A stretch of DNA of 64,000 bases from an uncultured bacterium (GTDB lineage: Bacteria; Oederibacteriota; Oederibacteriia; Oederibacteriales; Oederibacteriaceae), in the NCBI GenBank assembly GCA_965112635.1, contig OZ218778.1, positions 1,120,001 through 1,184,000 of the forward strand. Reading direction: 5' to 3'. The position numbers and the translations under genes are program-made. Below, in pieces: positions 19,591-29,899 of this stretch (positions are counted from its first letter, which is position 1; each line of letters starts with the position of its first letter). The notes below the pieces were generated by a model, which did no database searches, had not been told where the DNA came from, and saw only the letters and a program-made list of their open reading frames with translations.

Positions 19591-21069
19591 ATGATGTCAA
19601 AAAAGATCATTCTTCCCTTATTAACACTTGTGGTTATTATCCGTTTCTATTTTTATTTCGGCACTTTCGGGACTTTCCAGTTCTATGACCAGGTTAACTA
19701 CTATAAATTCCTGATGCAGAGTTTTGTGGCCGGACATCTTTATATGCCCCAGGTTCCCAGCCCGGACCTGCTCAAATTGGCCGACCCCTATGACCCTAAA
19801 CAGAACGCCCAATATGTGCTGCCGGATGCTTCGTTATATAAAGGGAGATATTATCTATATTTTGGTCCTTTACCCGTTATTTTCTTTTATCTTCCTTACA
19901 AATATATCTTGAGGCTGGACCCCAGCCAGCCCATGTGCATCATCTTTTTCCTTTCCATCGGGCTGATCGTGCAGATGCTCATCCTGGCCCGAATTAAATC
20001 CAAATATTTCCCGGATATTTCAGATTATCAGCTGGCTTTCGCAGGTTTGTTGGCTGGGCTGGCCAATTTCAGCCTGTTCCTGCTGGCCAGGCCCAATTTT
20101 TATGAGGAGGCTATCAGTTCGGCTTATTGTTTTTTAAGCCTGGCCCTATTTTTCCTGTATAACTTTTTGAACCATGGCCTTAAAAAAAAGTACATTGCCC
20201 TGTTCAGTTTATGCCTGGCTTTGACCGTGGCCGGCCGGCCTCATTTCAGTGCTGTTTGCGTGGTCATGGCTCTGGGTATTGCGCTTTATTTATTAAAGCG
20301 CGTTCCCAGGGAACAGTTCATTGGATTGCTGACTTGGCTGCTCGTTCCGATGCTGGGAATAGGTTTCCTGATAGGACTTTATAATTATTTGAGATTTGAT
20401 TCTTTCTTTGAATTCGGCCAAAAGTATGCTCTGGGAGGATATGTGAACATCCATTCTTCAGGTTTTATTTCGGCCGCGAAAATCCTGACCGTTAATTTAC
20501 CTACAAACCTATTCCTGAATTTTTGCCAGCCTTATACAGCCTCTCATGCTTTCCCATTCTTTACAGCAACCTGGACGAACGCTTCTATTCCTCTTCCTGC
20601 GGGTTACTGGTTCATGGAAAGTTTAACCGGTCTATTGTATGCTTCACCCTTTGTAGGTCTTGTGGTGATGCTCCCGGTATTGCTCTGGTTTTATTACCAC
20701 AAACAAACAGGGGAGCAAAAAAAACAAACCAGCCCCTTATTGTGGTTCGTGTTTTTTGTTTGCCTGGCCGCTGTGGCCATCGCTCTTCTTGTCTGCAGTC
20801 TGCCCACCTCCACGATGCGCTATGTTTTTGATTTCAGCTCCTTGTTCGTCATGCTGGCGGTCCTCAGCCTGTGGTTTTTACTGACCAGCGGGGTCAACCC
20901 GGCTTTTATACGCATAGTAAATTGCGTGTTCATTGTGCTGGGTATTTTTAGCATCGTGGTGGGATTATTTTTGGGTTTTATAGGGTATAGATATCTTTTC
21001 CAGACCTATAACCCGGCTGAATTTCAGCATTTGTCTGTTTTTTTCAATTATTTTAGTTCTATTTTCTAA
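19591..21069 (+). CDS. Polytopic membrane protein, probable GT-C-fold glycosyltransferase (paralog of 17708)
   Basis: Shares DASLYKG.YYLYFG, ARP.FYE, GRP and an identical YNYLRFDSFFEFGQKYAL block. Confidence 0.6.
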   Translation: MMSKKIILPLLTLVVIIRFYFYFGTFGTFQFYDQVNYYKFLMQSFVAGHLYMPQVPSPDLLKLADPYDPKQNAQYVLPDASLYKGRYYLYFGPLPVIFFYLPYKYILRLDPSQPMCIIFFLSIGLIVQMLILARIKSKYFPDISDYQLAFAGLLAGLANFSLFLLARPNFYEEAISSAYCFLSLALFFLYNFLNHGLKKKYIALFSLCLALTVAGRPHFSAVCVVMALGIALYLLKRVPREQFIGLLTWLLVPMLGIGFLIGLYNYLRFDSFFEFGQKYALGGYVNIHSSGFISAAKILTVNLPTNLFLNFCQPYTASHAFPFFTATWTNASIPLPAGYWFMESLTGLLYASPFVGLVVMLPVLLWFYYHKQTGEQKKQTSPLLWFVFFVCLAAVAIALLVCSLPTSTMRYVFDFSSLFVMLAVLSLWFLLTSGVNPAFIRIVNCVFIVLGIFSIVVGLFLGFIGYRYLFQTYNPAEFQHLSVFFNYFSSIF

Positions 21070-21104
21070 GGCCAGAGTGAAAAAAGGAAAAAGGTGGAGT
21101 TAAA

Positions 21105-24100
21105 ATGACAGCCCTGCAAGTTTGGATCGCAGCTATTATATTATTGGTGCTCAATGGGTTTTTGCTTTTTTCCGGTTATATCGTTGGTCTGGCCGGCATT
21201 TTGATCGCCGTCGGGATGGTGGGATGGTTTTATATCCTGCGTTTCAGCCAACAGCAGATGAAGGCCGCGGCAAAACAGGCCGGCGCCAGAGAACCTAGGC
21301 TTAGGCCCAGCCCAACAGGTAAAAAAGGCGGGGTCAAAGATCTTAAGCCTGGTCTCAGGCAGGCGGGAAAAACCGAGGCTAAGCTGTCTGGGGTTAAGGA
21401 TAAAAGGCCGCCCATCAACCTGCTTAGTGTTTATTTGAACTTGCTGCCCATCGCGTTTCTAAAGAAAACTTACCCCTTTTTACTGCTGGCTGGCTTAGGG
21501 ATTTTGTTTGCCGGTCAATTATGGATCCATTCCGGCTTCTTTGTCCTCGGCATAATAGGATACATTTTTGCCTTTATTATCATTGGTTTGAGCGCCTTGT
21601 CGCTGGTGGAATCTCCCTGGGAGAGGGAGACGGCTGGTTCTGAAAGGGCCCTTAAGACCGCTCCATCTAAAGACCATCAAACTGACAGTATGTTTTATCT
21701 TGGTATTTTCCTTTCCTATTATTTTGTAACCCTTCTGATACTGATAAAGCAGCCGGACAATTTTCTGGGGTTGCTCTTCAGCCTGCTCAGCGTTTTTTTC
21801 TTTGCCTCCTGGATCTATTTTTCGCAGCCCTTCACGGGCTCCTGGGGAAGTAAAAAATCAAGCGCTAGGAAAAAGCTGCTGGGTCACGAAGGTATCGCCT
21901 TTTTAGCCATCATGGTTTTTGCCTTTTTGTTGAGGGCCTATCGCCTCTGTACGGTCCCCGCAGCTTTTTACTACAACAACGATATTCCATCCCTTAATAT
22001 CGCTGCCAATATCATGGCCCAGATCCAGTCTCCCTTCGGCCTGGTGCTGGGAACGATCAATACCTGTTTTTATACGCTCCTCCTTCCGCTGTCCAAGATC
22101 TTTGTGGCTGACCCGCTGGTGGTCACCAGGTTCGCGATGCTGGTTTGCGGCATGGGCTCCATCCTAGCCCTGTATCTGCTGGTCCGAGAACTCTTTGACG
22201 CTAAAACAGCTTTTTGGGGGAGTTTTTTGATCAGCATTTCCCTGCTGCACCTCCATCTCAGCCGCATTTGGCAGCCCCTGATGCCGGCCATGTTTTTTTC
22301 CCTGGTCACCCTTTATTTCTTTTACAGGACTTACAGGGCCACGGGTATTTTGCCGGTCATCCTGGGAGGCCTGGCCCTGGGATTTTTGGTTTTGAGCTTC
22401 CCCCCGGCGGCCACTTGCCTCGTATTGGCCGTGCTGATGATGCTGTATGTTTACTTTTTTGACCCTTTCTCCTTCAGGGACAAGGTCAACCGGATGGCGC
22501 TTCTCTGCATGCTGGGTGTCGTCATGGCCACTCCTGTGCTGGCCTACATGCTCAACCACTGGGTCGAGTTTTCCGGTGCTTTTAAACAGTCAACCATCGT
22601 TGGTCTGCCTTTCAAGGAGTGGGTCCCGGCCTATTTCAGGAATATAGGTTTTTACGTCAGTATTTTTACTTTCAAGGCCCTGGCGCCAGCGGTAAATTTC
22701 TACCTGCCTAATCCCGGGGCGCCCCTTTTGGACACCCTGTCTTTTGGGTTTTGCCTCCTAGGATTGTTTTACGGTTTATTCAGGATATATCAGATGCGCT
22801 ATATAGTCCTCCTAGGGGGCGGATTCGTCACCTTTTTGACCCTCTGCCTGTTGAACAACAGCGACCCTTCTTACGGTATCCTTTTGGTCCCCATGTTCTG
22901 CGCCCTGGGCGGAGTAGGGGTTAGCAAGATCGAGGAATGTCTGGCCAGGTTCTTTCCGCAAGGGAAAAAAGCCGTCTTTGCCCTGCTGGTTTTATGCTTG
23001 ATCTTGGCCGCTGGTTTTAACGCGAAAAAATATTTTGTGGATTACGGGAAAACCTCGTTCAATCAATTCAATACCTGGCCTGATGTGGTCGCGGCCCGCC
23101 AGATCGAGAGATCTCTGGATTTAAAAGAGCGGGTCATTTCCGACTGGGTAGGCTCGCCTATCGTCAACAGCGCCCTGTACCCCCGTACCATGGAGGCTTT
23201 TCAGCCCAGCCTGCACCTGCCCATACAAACCCCGGTCCTGAGCAATGTTTCCTTTTATTTCCGGCCACCCACAGCTATGGTTTTCAGCAGCGAAAATTTC
23301 CTGCCCTTTTTAAGATACTTTTATCCCGGAGGTAAAGAGGAAAAATTCGCTGAAAAGGGTGTGGCGCTGTATTCTTCCTATAAGGTCCCTAAAGACCAGG
23401 TCATGGCCATCCAGGGCCTAACGGCTTCTTATTTTAAAAAGGGGGATGAAAAGCCGTATTGGGTCAAGAAAGAGATGGGTGTGTCTCTGACCAATACTGC
23501 CAGTCTTATCCAGGGGAGTATCGGGCTGGTCCGGTGGTCGGGCTCGTTCTTTTCCCAACAAGGCGGGACTTATTTGTTCAGTCTGGTGATGAAGGGGCAG
23601 GGCCGGGTCCTCGTGGATGGACAGAAGGTGGCCGGCGGCAGCAACAGTGCCGTCAAAAGCCTGGATGGGAAGATCGATATCACCACCGGGGCCCACCATC
23701 TAGAGGTCGTCTATGCGCCCGTGGCAGGAGGAGAGGTCAGTGTTTACTGGACCGAACCCGGTGGGGGGAAAGCCCTTATCCCTGGCGAGAGATTGTGCAC
23801 GATGGCGGCTCCCCCCTTTGGAGCCACGGGGTTTTACTACCCCAATACAGATTTTAGGGGTTCACCGGCTTTTGAAAAAGCTGATCTGATGCTGACCACG
23901 CCTTGGGCCGGGATACTGCCTTTTAAAAAACCATTCAGCGTGGCCTGGAAGGGACTTTTGCAGATAAAGCAAGCGGGGAATTATAAATTTTATCTCAAAA
24001 GCGTTCATCCGGCTTCTCTCACCATCAATAACATTAAAATCATTACTAAGACCTCCAAGGGACCAGGCGAGGCGGCTGCCGCCGTGGCCTTGAAAAACGG

Positions 24101-24224
24101 CCAGTATCCGTTCTTGTTGAGGTATCAACAGCTGGATACCGATGCGAATAAAGGTCTGGAGTTGTCCTGGGAAACCCCGGAGGGGATACGGGATTATATT
24201 CCCGTTGACCAGATCACGCATTGA
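21105..24224 (+). CDS. ArnT/PMT-like GT-C glycosyltransferase with two PA14 domains
   Basis: 'LLRAYRL..VP', TM core, 'PLLD'; two PA14 units (GLTASYF..VRWSG..YWTEPG; GATGFYYPN..FSVAWKG..LSWETPEG). Confidence 0.85.
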   Translation: MTALQVWIAAIILLVLNGFLLFSGYIVGLAGILIAVGMVGWFYILRFSQQQMKAAAKQAGAREPRLRPSPTGKKGGVKDLKPGLRQAGKTEAKLSGVKDKRPPINLLSVYLNLLPIAFLKKTYPFLLLAGLGILFAGQLWIHSGFFVLGIIGYIFAFIIIGLSALSLVESPWERETAGSERALKTAPSKDHQTDSMFYLGIFLSYYFVTLLILIKQPDNFLGLLFSLLSVFFFASWIYFSQPFTGSWGSKKSSARKKLLGHEGIAFLAIMVFAFLLRAYRLCTVPAAFYYNNDIPSLNIAANIMAQIQSPFGLVLGTINTCFYTLLLPLSKIFVADPLVVTRFAMLVCGMGSILALYLLVRELFDAKTAFWGSFLISISLLHLHLSRIWQPLMPAMFFSLVTLYFFYRTYRATGILPVILGGLALGFLVLSFPPAATCLVLAVLMMLYVYFFDPFSFRDKVNRMALLCMLGVVMATPVLAYMLNHWVEFSGAFKQSTIVGLPFKEWVPAYFRNIGFYVSIFTFKALAPAVNFYLPNPGAPLLDTLSFGFCLLGLFYGLFRIYQMRYIVLLGGGFVTFLTLCLLNNSDPSYGILLVPMFCALGGVGVSKIEECLARFFPQGKKAVFALLVLCLILAAGFNAKKYFVDYGKTSFNQFNTWPDVVAARQIERSLDLKERVISDWVGSPIVNSALYPRTMEAFQPSLHLPIQTPVLSNVSFYFRPPTAMVFSSENFLPFLRYFYPGGKEEKFAEKGVALYSSYKVPKDQVMAIQGLTASYFKKGDEKPYWVKKEMGVSLTNTASLIQGSIGLVRWSGSFFSQQGGTYLFSLVMKGQGRVLVDGQKVAGGSNSAVKSLDGKIDITTGAHHLEVVYAPVAGGEVSVYWTEPGGGKALIPGERLCTMAAPPFGATGFYYPNTDFRGSPAFEKADLMLTTPWAGILPFKKPFSVAWKGLLQIKQAGNYKFYLKSVHPASLTINNIKIITKTSKGPGEAAAAVALKNGQYPFLLRYQQLDTDANKGLELSWETPEGIRDYIPVDQITH

Positions 24225-24374
24225 GTTAGCAGACTGTTAAGCTGGGCTTGCCGCCTTTAAGCGGCCAACCCTGAACTTTAAGGCCCGGAGTTTTTACCCG
24301 GCCAATCATTATTAGGCGCTGTGCTTTTACGGGCAGGCAGCCCATGGCGACAGGATCGCCTGAGAGGAGACAAC

Positions 24375-27254
24375 TTGGCAAAAGAACATAAATCAACCAT
24401 CCCTACAGGGCTGCCGCAAAACCAGCCCGCGGAAAAGATAGTGGTGCCGGGCATCCTCAGCAAAAATCTAAATTTGAATTTTTATCTTTTTATAGGGATG
24501 CTTGTCTTGGCCCTCATTGGACAGGTTTTCTTTTTATTCAGGAAGATAAACACCGCCTTATTTTTTTACGAGATCAGCATCATCCTGGTTTTTGTTCAAA
24601 GCTATCTCCAGAGCAAACTTCGCCCCGAAGGTGTTTATTCGGTGATCCCGGCCCCTGGTCCAACCACCCGCCTATCGGGTTCTTTCCGCTGGAGCCTGCT
24701 TCTTGCCGTTATTTTGAGTTTAAATTCGCTGACTTATTTTTCAAAATCTTTTGATAAGGCCGGCTTCGTTATGTATCTCTGCAGTATTTTATTGTGCGCC
24801 GGCACGATTTTTTGGGCGGATAGGAAGAGTGGCCCTCAACCGGAAAGCCATCCGATTTTCTGGAAAAGTCCCTATGTCTGGCTGTTATTGCTCATCTGTC
24901 TAATGGGCTGGGTCATGCGGGGATGCAATTTGAACAATATCCCGGTGGGGGGATATGAAGACGAACTGGTCTGGGTCTGGCAGGGACTGGAAGTGTTTCT
25001 CGGGCATGTGGCCACTCCTTTTAATCTAGAAGGAGCCGGTGTTTCCAGCCTGATGGTGCATTTTTTTATGGCTCTGTTCCTCAAAGTTTTCCCCTCCGCG
25101 GACAATCTGATCGCCTGCAAAATGGTATCTGTATTTTTTGGGACCCTGGCGGTGCTGGCCATTTATTTTATGCTCGCAAATTTATTCAGCCGAAGAGTAG
25201 GGTTAATCGGTTCGTTCTTGCTGGCCTTTTCTTACTGGCATGCGTGCGCCAGCCGGCTTGTTTATGACCATATAGAATCCCCGTTCTTTGGGATCATTGC
25301 AGTTTATTTCCTTTTTAAAGCTTTCAAAACCGGGAGGTTAATCCACTTCTTTCTTGGCGGAGCGGCGCTGGGGTTTGGGATGTACTTTTATGTGACCGGC
25401 AGAATCCTGCCGTTCGTGTTTGTCCTTTTTCTTATTTACCTCTTCATTTTTCAAAGGGGAATGCTCCGGGCGCATGGGAAAGGTCTTCTGGTCTTTTTTA
25501 TCGCCGTTTTTTTAATTGTTTCTCCGTTCCTCAAAAGCATCAATCCCTGGGGCCCAAGCTATAGTAGCCGTATCAGCCAAACCTCTCTCTATAATGAGAT
25601 CGGGGGCAAGCATTATGCGGCAGCTTTGGCCAAAAATTTTGTCAACTACCTTTTGATGTGCAATGGGATAGGGAACCATAAGGTGCGCTATATACCTGAA
25701 GCTTTCTGGCCCCAGTTAGATTTCTTTTCGTCCATCTTTTTTGCTTTGGGGCTCATGTTTGCCTTATTTCGCTTTAGAGACCCCCGTTATTTGTTCCTGC
25801 TGATCTGGTATTTTTTAATGATCGTCCCAGGAGTTGTTTCTATTGCCGGGGACGCTCCCGCTTCCTGGCGTGTATCGGGCAGCATCCCGCCCATTATTGC
25901 TTTTGCCGCCATCTTTTTTGACCGTGTCGTTGGTTTTGTGGAGGAGCAAAAACTGAAGATAAGGAAAATCGGAAGGGTGGTCCTGGGGGTTGTCCTGCTT
26001 TATATTGCCGTCTTTGGGCTGTGGGCTATTTTCAAGGTCTATGCAACCTCCAAAGCAAATTTTTATGAGGCTCTTCCCATTGAAACGATTATGAGCAGGG
26101 CCATCATCAGCAAGATGCCCCAGTATGATGTCTATGCGACGACAGGCGGAGGACTGGTCCAGATGGCTTTTAATATTCTTACGACCCGGCACGGAGAATT
26201 TAAAAGCTTTGACCCTTACAGAGATATACCGGCCAGCCTGTGCCCGAATAAAAAGGGAGCTTATTATTTTGTAGGCGGCCCCCAGACGTCTTTGGCCGAA
26301 CCACTTTTAAGAGTTTATTACCCTCATGCCAAGTGGACCAATTGTAAAGATGTGAATAAAATTTATGACGGGGAGTACCTTTATAGAAGCGTGGAGATCA
26401 GTTCCCAAGAAGTATCTTCTTATTACGGGGTTGATGCCGCTTATTATAAAGGTGGAGACATTTCAGGGAAGCCAACCCTGCAGCAGGTAGAGCCTCAGAT
26501 CCGTTTTGCCTGGCCGGGCATCAAGCCACCGCTTCCTTTTCCATTCTCGGCAGTATGGCAGGGTGAACTGAACATCCCCGAATTCGGGAAATACAAACTT
26601 GGAATTAAAGCAAAAGGCAAAATGAATATGTTCCTTGATGAAAAACCGATTCTGTCGCATTTACCCAGTAAGGTGCCGGGAGGCAAATGGACCGATGTTG
26701 AACTTATTAAAGGCAGGCACGCGTTTAAAATCGTATATACCTCGCCGAGTTCGGGAGGAGATGTTGTCGAATTATTTTACGGGCAGTATAAAAGCACGGG
26801 TGTCACTGTTCAGGTCGTTCCGGCCTCCAGTATCATCCGTCCGTCTTCATTCAGGATCCATAACGGTTTGATAACAAATTATTACAAAACTTTGGACTGG
26901 AAGGGAGCACCGGTGGCCACACAGCTGGTGCCTGTTTTAATTTCAAGCTGGGGTGACAGTGATCCCTTCCCAGGACCTTTCAGCGTCGAGTTCAATGGGA
27001 AGATCAGAATTGACCAGGAAGGTTTTTATATGTTCCACTTGGGAAGTTATGGGGATGCCTATTTGTATATTGATGGCAAAATCGTTGATGTCAACAGAAG
27101 CAGTTTTACCGATTGCAAGGTATATTTAACTAAAAAGGACCATGCTCTCCGCATGCGGTATACCTTTCGGGGCGGGGCAAAATCAATCCAGTTATGGTGG
27201 ACGCCTCCTAGCGGAGTCCGGGAATTGGTGCCGTTTGAAGTATTGACCCCTTAA
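24375..27254 (+). CDS. ArnT/PMT-like GT-C glycosyltransferase with two PA14 domains
   Basis: 'IPVGGYEDE' (DE motif), 'YWH...SR', 'GFGMYFY'; two PA14 units (FSAVWQG, FSVEFNG, QLWWTPP); TTG start after AGGAG. Confidence 0.85.
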   Translation: MAKEHKSTIPTGLPQNQPAEKIVVPGILSKNLNLNFYLFIGMLVLALIGQVFFLFRKINTALFFYEISIILVFVQSYLQSKLRPEGVYSVIPAPGPTTRLSGSFRWSLLLAVILSLNSLTYFSKSFDKAGFVMYLCSILLCAGTIFWADRKSGPQPESHPIFWKSPYVWLLLLICLMGWVMRGCNLNNIPVGGYEDELVWVWQGLEVFLGHVATPFNLEGAGVSSLMVHFFMALFLKVFPSADNLIACKMVSVFFGTLAVLAIYFMLANLFSRRVGLIGSFLLAFSYWHACASRLVYDHIESPFFGIIAVYFLFKAFKTGRLIHFFLGGAALGFGMYFYVTGRILPFVFVLFLIYLFIFQRGMLRAHGKGLLVFFIAVFLIVSPFLKSINPWGPSYSSRISQTSLYNEIGGKHYAAALAKNFVNYLLMCNGIGNHKVRYIPEAFWPQLDFFSSIFFALGLMFALFRFRDPRYLFLLIWYFLMIVPGVVSIAGDAPASWRVSGSIPPIIAFAAIFFDRVVGFVEEQKLKIRKIGRVVLGVVLLYIAVFGLWAIFKVYATSKANFYEALPIETIMSRAIISKMPQYDVYATTGGGLVQMAFNILTTRHGEFKSFDPYRDIPASLCPNKKGAYYFVGGPQTSLAEPLLRVYYPHAKWTNCKDVNKIYDGEYLYRSVEISSQEVSSYYGVDAAYYKGGDISGKPTLQQVEPQIRFAWPGIKPPLPFPFSAVWQGELNIPEFGKYKLGIKAKGKMNMFLDEKPILSHLPSKVPGGKWTDVELIKGRHAFKIVYTSPSSGGDVVELFYGQYKSTGVTVQVVPASSIIRPSSFRIHNGLITNYYKTLDWKGAPVATQLVPVLISSWGDSDPFPGPFSVEFNGKIRIDQEGFYMFHLGSYGDAYLYIDGKIVDVNRSSFTDCKVYLTKKDHALRMRYTFRGGAKSIQLWWTPPSGVRELVPFEVLTP

Positions 27255-27292
27255 TATCGTTCAAAAGTCCGATGTGCCCAGGGCAGTGCAAA

Positions 27293-28195
27293 ATGGAATT
27301 TATTCCCTGTAATCTTTGCGGGGCCGATGATTATAAAGTTGTTTATGAGGCCAGTCCTGGGGAGCCGCCGTGCCCGGAATCGCAATACTGCTGCACCAGC
27401 CCAGGCCTAGCCTTTCACGACCGCATTGTCCGTTGCAAGCAATGTGGCTTGATGTATTCCAACCCCCGGGTTCTCTCCCAAGAGATCGAAAAAAATTACA
27501 GGCTTATCCAGGACGATACCTATCTCCAAGAAAAAGAAGGGCGCGTTTTGACCTTTATCAGGAGCCTTGAGGAGTTGGAGAAGGTTAAAAAAGGAGGGAA
27601 ACTCCTTGAAATAGGCTGCTACACGGGTTTTTTTTTGGATCTTGCCAGGCAAAGGGGATGGGATACGCAGGGAGTGGAGTTGTCTGCATGGGCTGCGCGG
27701 CACGCAACGGATACTTTAAAATTAAAGGTCTTCCAAGGCACATTAAGTGAGGCTCGGATGCCTGGAGAACAATTCGATGTTGTGGTTTTATGGGACGTCA
27801 TTGAGCATATGACCGACCCTCTCCATGAGCTTAGGGAGATAAATCGAGTTTTAAAAAAGGACGGCGTGGTTGTACTGACAACGATTTTTATGGATACTTT
27901 GCCCGCTTTGCTGACAAGAGAGAAATATCCATTTTTGATGACAATGCATCTCTATTATTTTACGCGAAAAACAATGGGCAAAATGATGGAAAAAGCAGGG
28001 TTGCAAATTTTTAAAATTGGGAAACATGTGAGGGTTTTGAGGTTAGTTTATTTTTTAAGATATATTAAATTGTTCAGTGTATTATTATATGAACTGTCCA
28101 CTTGGGTCGTAAAAAAGTTAAAATGGGAAGCCAAGCCGGTGTCTGTCAGCTTTTCCGGATTAAAGACAATTTATTGCAGAAAGATAAATTCCTGA
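27293..28195 (+). CDS. Class I SAM methyltransferase with N-terminal CxxC..CxxC zinc ribbon
   Basis: CNLCG, CKQCG, LLEIGCYTG, 'WDVIEH'; alternative start 27272. Confidence 0.85.
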   Translation: MEFIPCNLCGADDYKVVYEASPGEPPCPESQYCCTSPGLAFHDRIVRCKQCGLMYSNPRVLSQEIEKNYRLIQDDTYLQEKEGRVLTFIRSLEELEKVKKGGKLLEIGCYTGFFLDLARQRGWDTQGVELSAWAARHATDTLKLKVFQGTLSEARMPGEQFDVVVLWDVIEHMTDPLHELREINRVLKKDGVVVLTTIFMDTLPALLTREKYPFLMTMHLYYFTRKTMGKMMEKAGLQIFKIGKHVRVLRLVYFLRYIKLFSVLLYELSTWVVKKLKWEAKPVSVSFSGLKTIYCRKINS

Positions 28196-28213
28196 GATAG
28201 AAAGAGGTTTGTT

Positions 28214-29089
28214 TTGCTGGAACGAGTGCGCGCCTGTTTTCTTTGCGGTTCCCAGGATTACTGGCCGCTTTTTACGGTCAAAAAGACCGTTTCTGTGGTC
28301 AAATGCCCTGGTTGCGGCCTCCTTTATGTGAATCCCCGGCCCACGGACGAAGAATTCCGCAACATTTACCAGAACGAATCCTATTTTAAAAATAAGAATG
28401 TTTTACTTTATGGGTATGACGATTACATGAAAGAGGAACCATTATATCGAGACCTGTTTAAAAGGTGCCTTGAAGACCTAGAACAATATAAGCCAAAAGG
28501 GACCATGCTGGACGTGGGGTGCGCCACCGGTTTTTTCTTAGACGTAGCCCAGTCCCGGGGTTGGGAAACCTATGGAGTGGAAATTTCAAAGTTTGCTTCC
28601 GGTTATGCCAGAGAACATTTCAAACTGAACATTTTTACCGGCACCCTTGCCGAAGCGAAATTACAGAGCGGAATGTTCGATGCGGTCGTGATGTACGATC
28701 AGATCGAGCATGTCCGGGAACCCCTGGAGCAACTCCAGGAAGCTTATCGGCTCCTCAAACCAGGAGGCATCTTGACCATCAATACCCCCAACGCAGGAGG
28801 ACTTTTGAGCAAGATCATGCGCCGCCGCTGGTTCCATTTCAAAGAAGATCACCTGTTTTTCTTTTCCAATACCACGATCAGCAAGGCTCTTGCCGCCGCA
28901 GGTTTTCAGGTCCTTAAGGTCAAGCCCAGCGGCAAAGTCGTCACTTTACGGTACCTCATTGGCAGGTTGAACCATTACAGCAGATTTTTAGCCAGGTTTT
29001 TGGACTATCTTTTAGGCGAATTCAGGTTCGTCAATAAGGCTTTCTATCTATATATCGGGGAGATGGTCGTTTATGCCAAAAAACCCTGA
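28214..29089 (+). CDS. Class I SAM methyltransferase with N-terminal zinc ribbon (paralog of 27293)
   Basis: CFLCG, CPGCG, LDVGCATG, 'LKPGG', 'DHLFFFS'. Confidence 0.85.
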   Translation: MLERVRACFLCGSQDYWPLFTVKKTVSVVKCPGCGLLYVNPRPTDEEFRNIYQNESYFKNKNVLLYGYDDYMKEEPLYRDLFKRCLEDLEQYKPKGTMLDVGCATGFFLDVAQSRGWETYGVEISKFASGYAREHFKLNIFTGTLAEAKLQSGMFDAVVMYDQIEHVREPLEQLQEAYRLLKPGGILTINTPNAGGLLSKIMRRRWFHFKEDHLFFFSNTTISKALAAAGFQVLKVKPSGKVVTLRYLIGRLNHYSRFLARFLDYLLGEFRFVNKAFYLYIGEMVVYAKKP

Positions 29090-29870
29090 AATGACCAGCA
29101 GGGAATTTCTCCATGGATATTTGCGAATAAGACCCGTATCCACCGCTTTATGGAGGACTGCGGAATTCATCGAGTTCAAGCGGCTTAAGATCAAGCCCCC
29201 TCTGCTGGATCTAGGCTGTGGAGACGGATTGTTTGCCATGCAACTATTTGGCAAGGGGATAGAAGCAGGAATTGACCTGAACCGCGAAGAGGTCGGCCTC
29301 GCCGTCAAGAAGGGAGTCTACAAGCGGGTCTATGTCCAGAACGCCAGGCGGCTTCCTTTCCCTACCAATCATTTCAATACGGTGTTCAGCAACTGCGTCA
29401 TGGAGCACGTGGGTCCCTTGGATGAAGTCCTCAGGGAGATCCGCCGTGTTTTGAAGCGGGGCGGGAAATTCGTCTTCACAGTGCCTGGAGATCACTTTAA
29501 CCGTTTACTTTTTTACCCCAGGATCTTCCGCGCTGGTGGACTCAAAGCCATGGGTGACTGGTATACAAGATCTCTCAATAAAAGCTTGGCGCATGTTCAG
29601 GTGGAGGGGCCTGTTTTCTGGGAGAAAAGATTAGAAAAAGCAGGTTTGAAATTAGTTTATTCCAATTATTTTATGCCGCATGGCGCCATGGCGTTCTTTG
29701 ATATTACTATTCTCTGGGGGGCCCCCTCCAAACTATGGCGTCGCTATTTTAACCGCTGGACGATCTTTCCCCGTTTCTGGTGGGTTTGGCTGTGGGAAGG
29801 CTTTTTTTACCGTCTTTTAATGAAAAAAGAAAAAGTCGGGGGCGGATTGATTTTGGTCGCACAAAAATAG
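29073..29870 (+). CDS. Class I SAM methyltransferase (type 11)
   Basis: LLDLGCGDG, 'FSNCVMEHV', 'RVLKRGG'; alternative start 29091. Confidence 0.85.
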   Translation: MPKNPEMTSREFLHGYLRIRPVSTALWRTAEFIEFKRLKIKPPLLDLGCGDGLFAMQLFGKGIEAGIDLNREEVGLAVKKGVYKRVYVQNARRLPFPTNHFNTVFSNCVMEHVGPLDEVLREIRRVLKRGGKFVFTVPGDHFNRLLFYPRIFRAGGLKAMGDWYTRSLNKSLAHVQVEGPVFWEKRLEKAGLKLVYSNYFMPHGAMAFFDITILWGAPSKLWRRYFNRWTIFPRFWWVWLWEGFFYRLLMKKEKVGGGLILVAQK

Positions 29871-29899
29871 TTTCTAGCATTAAGCCACAGGAGTTTCTT

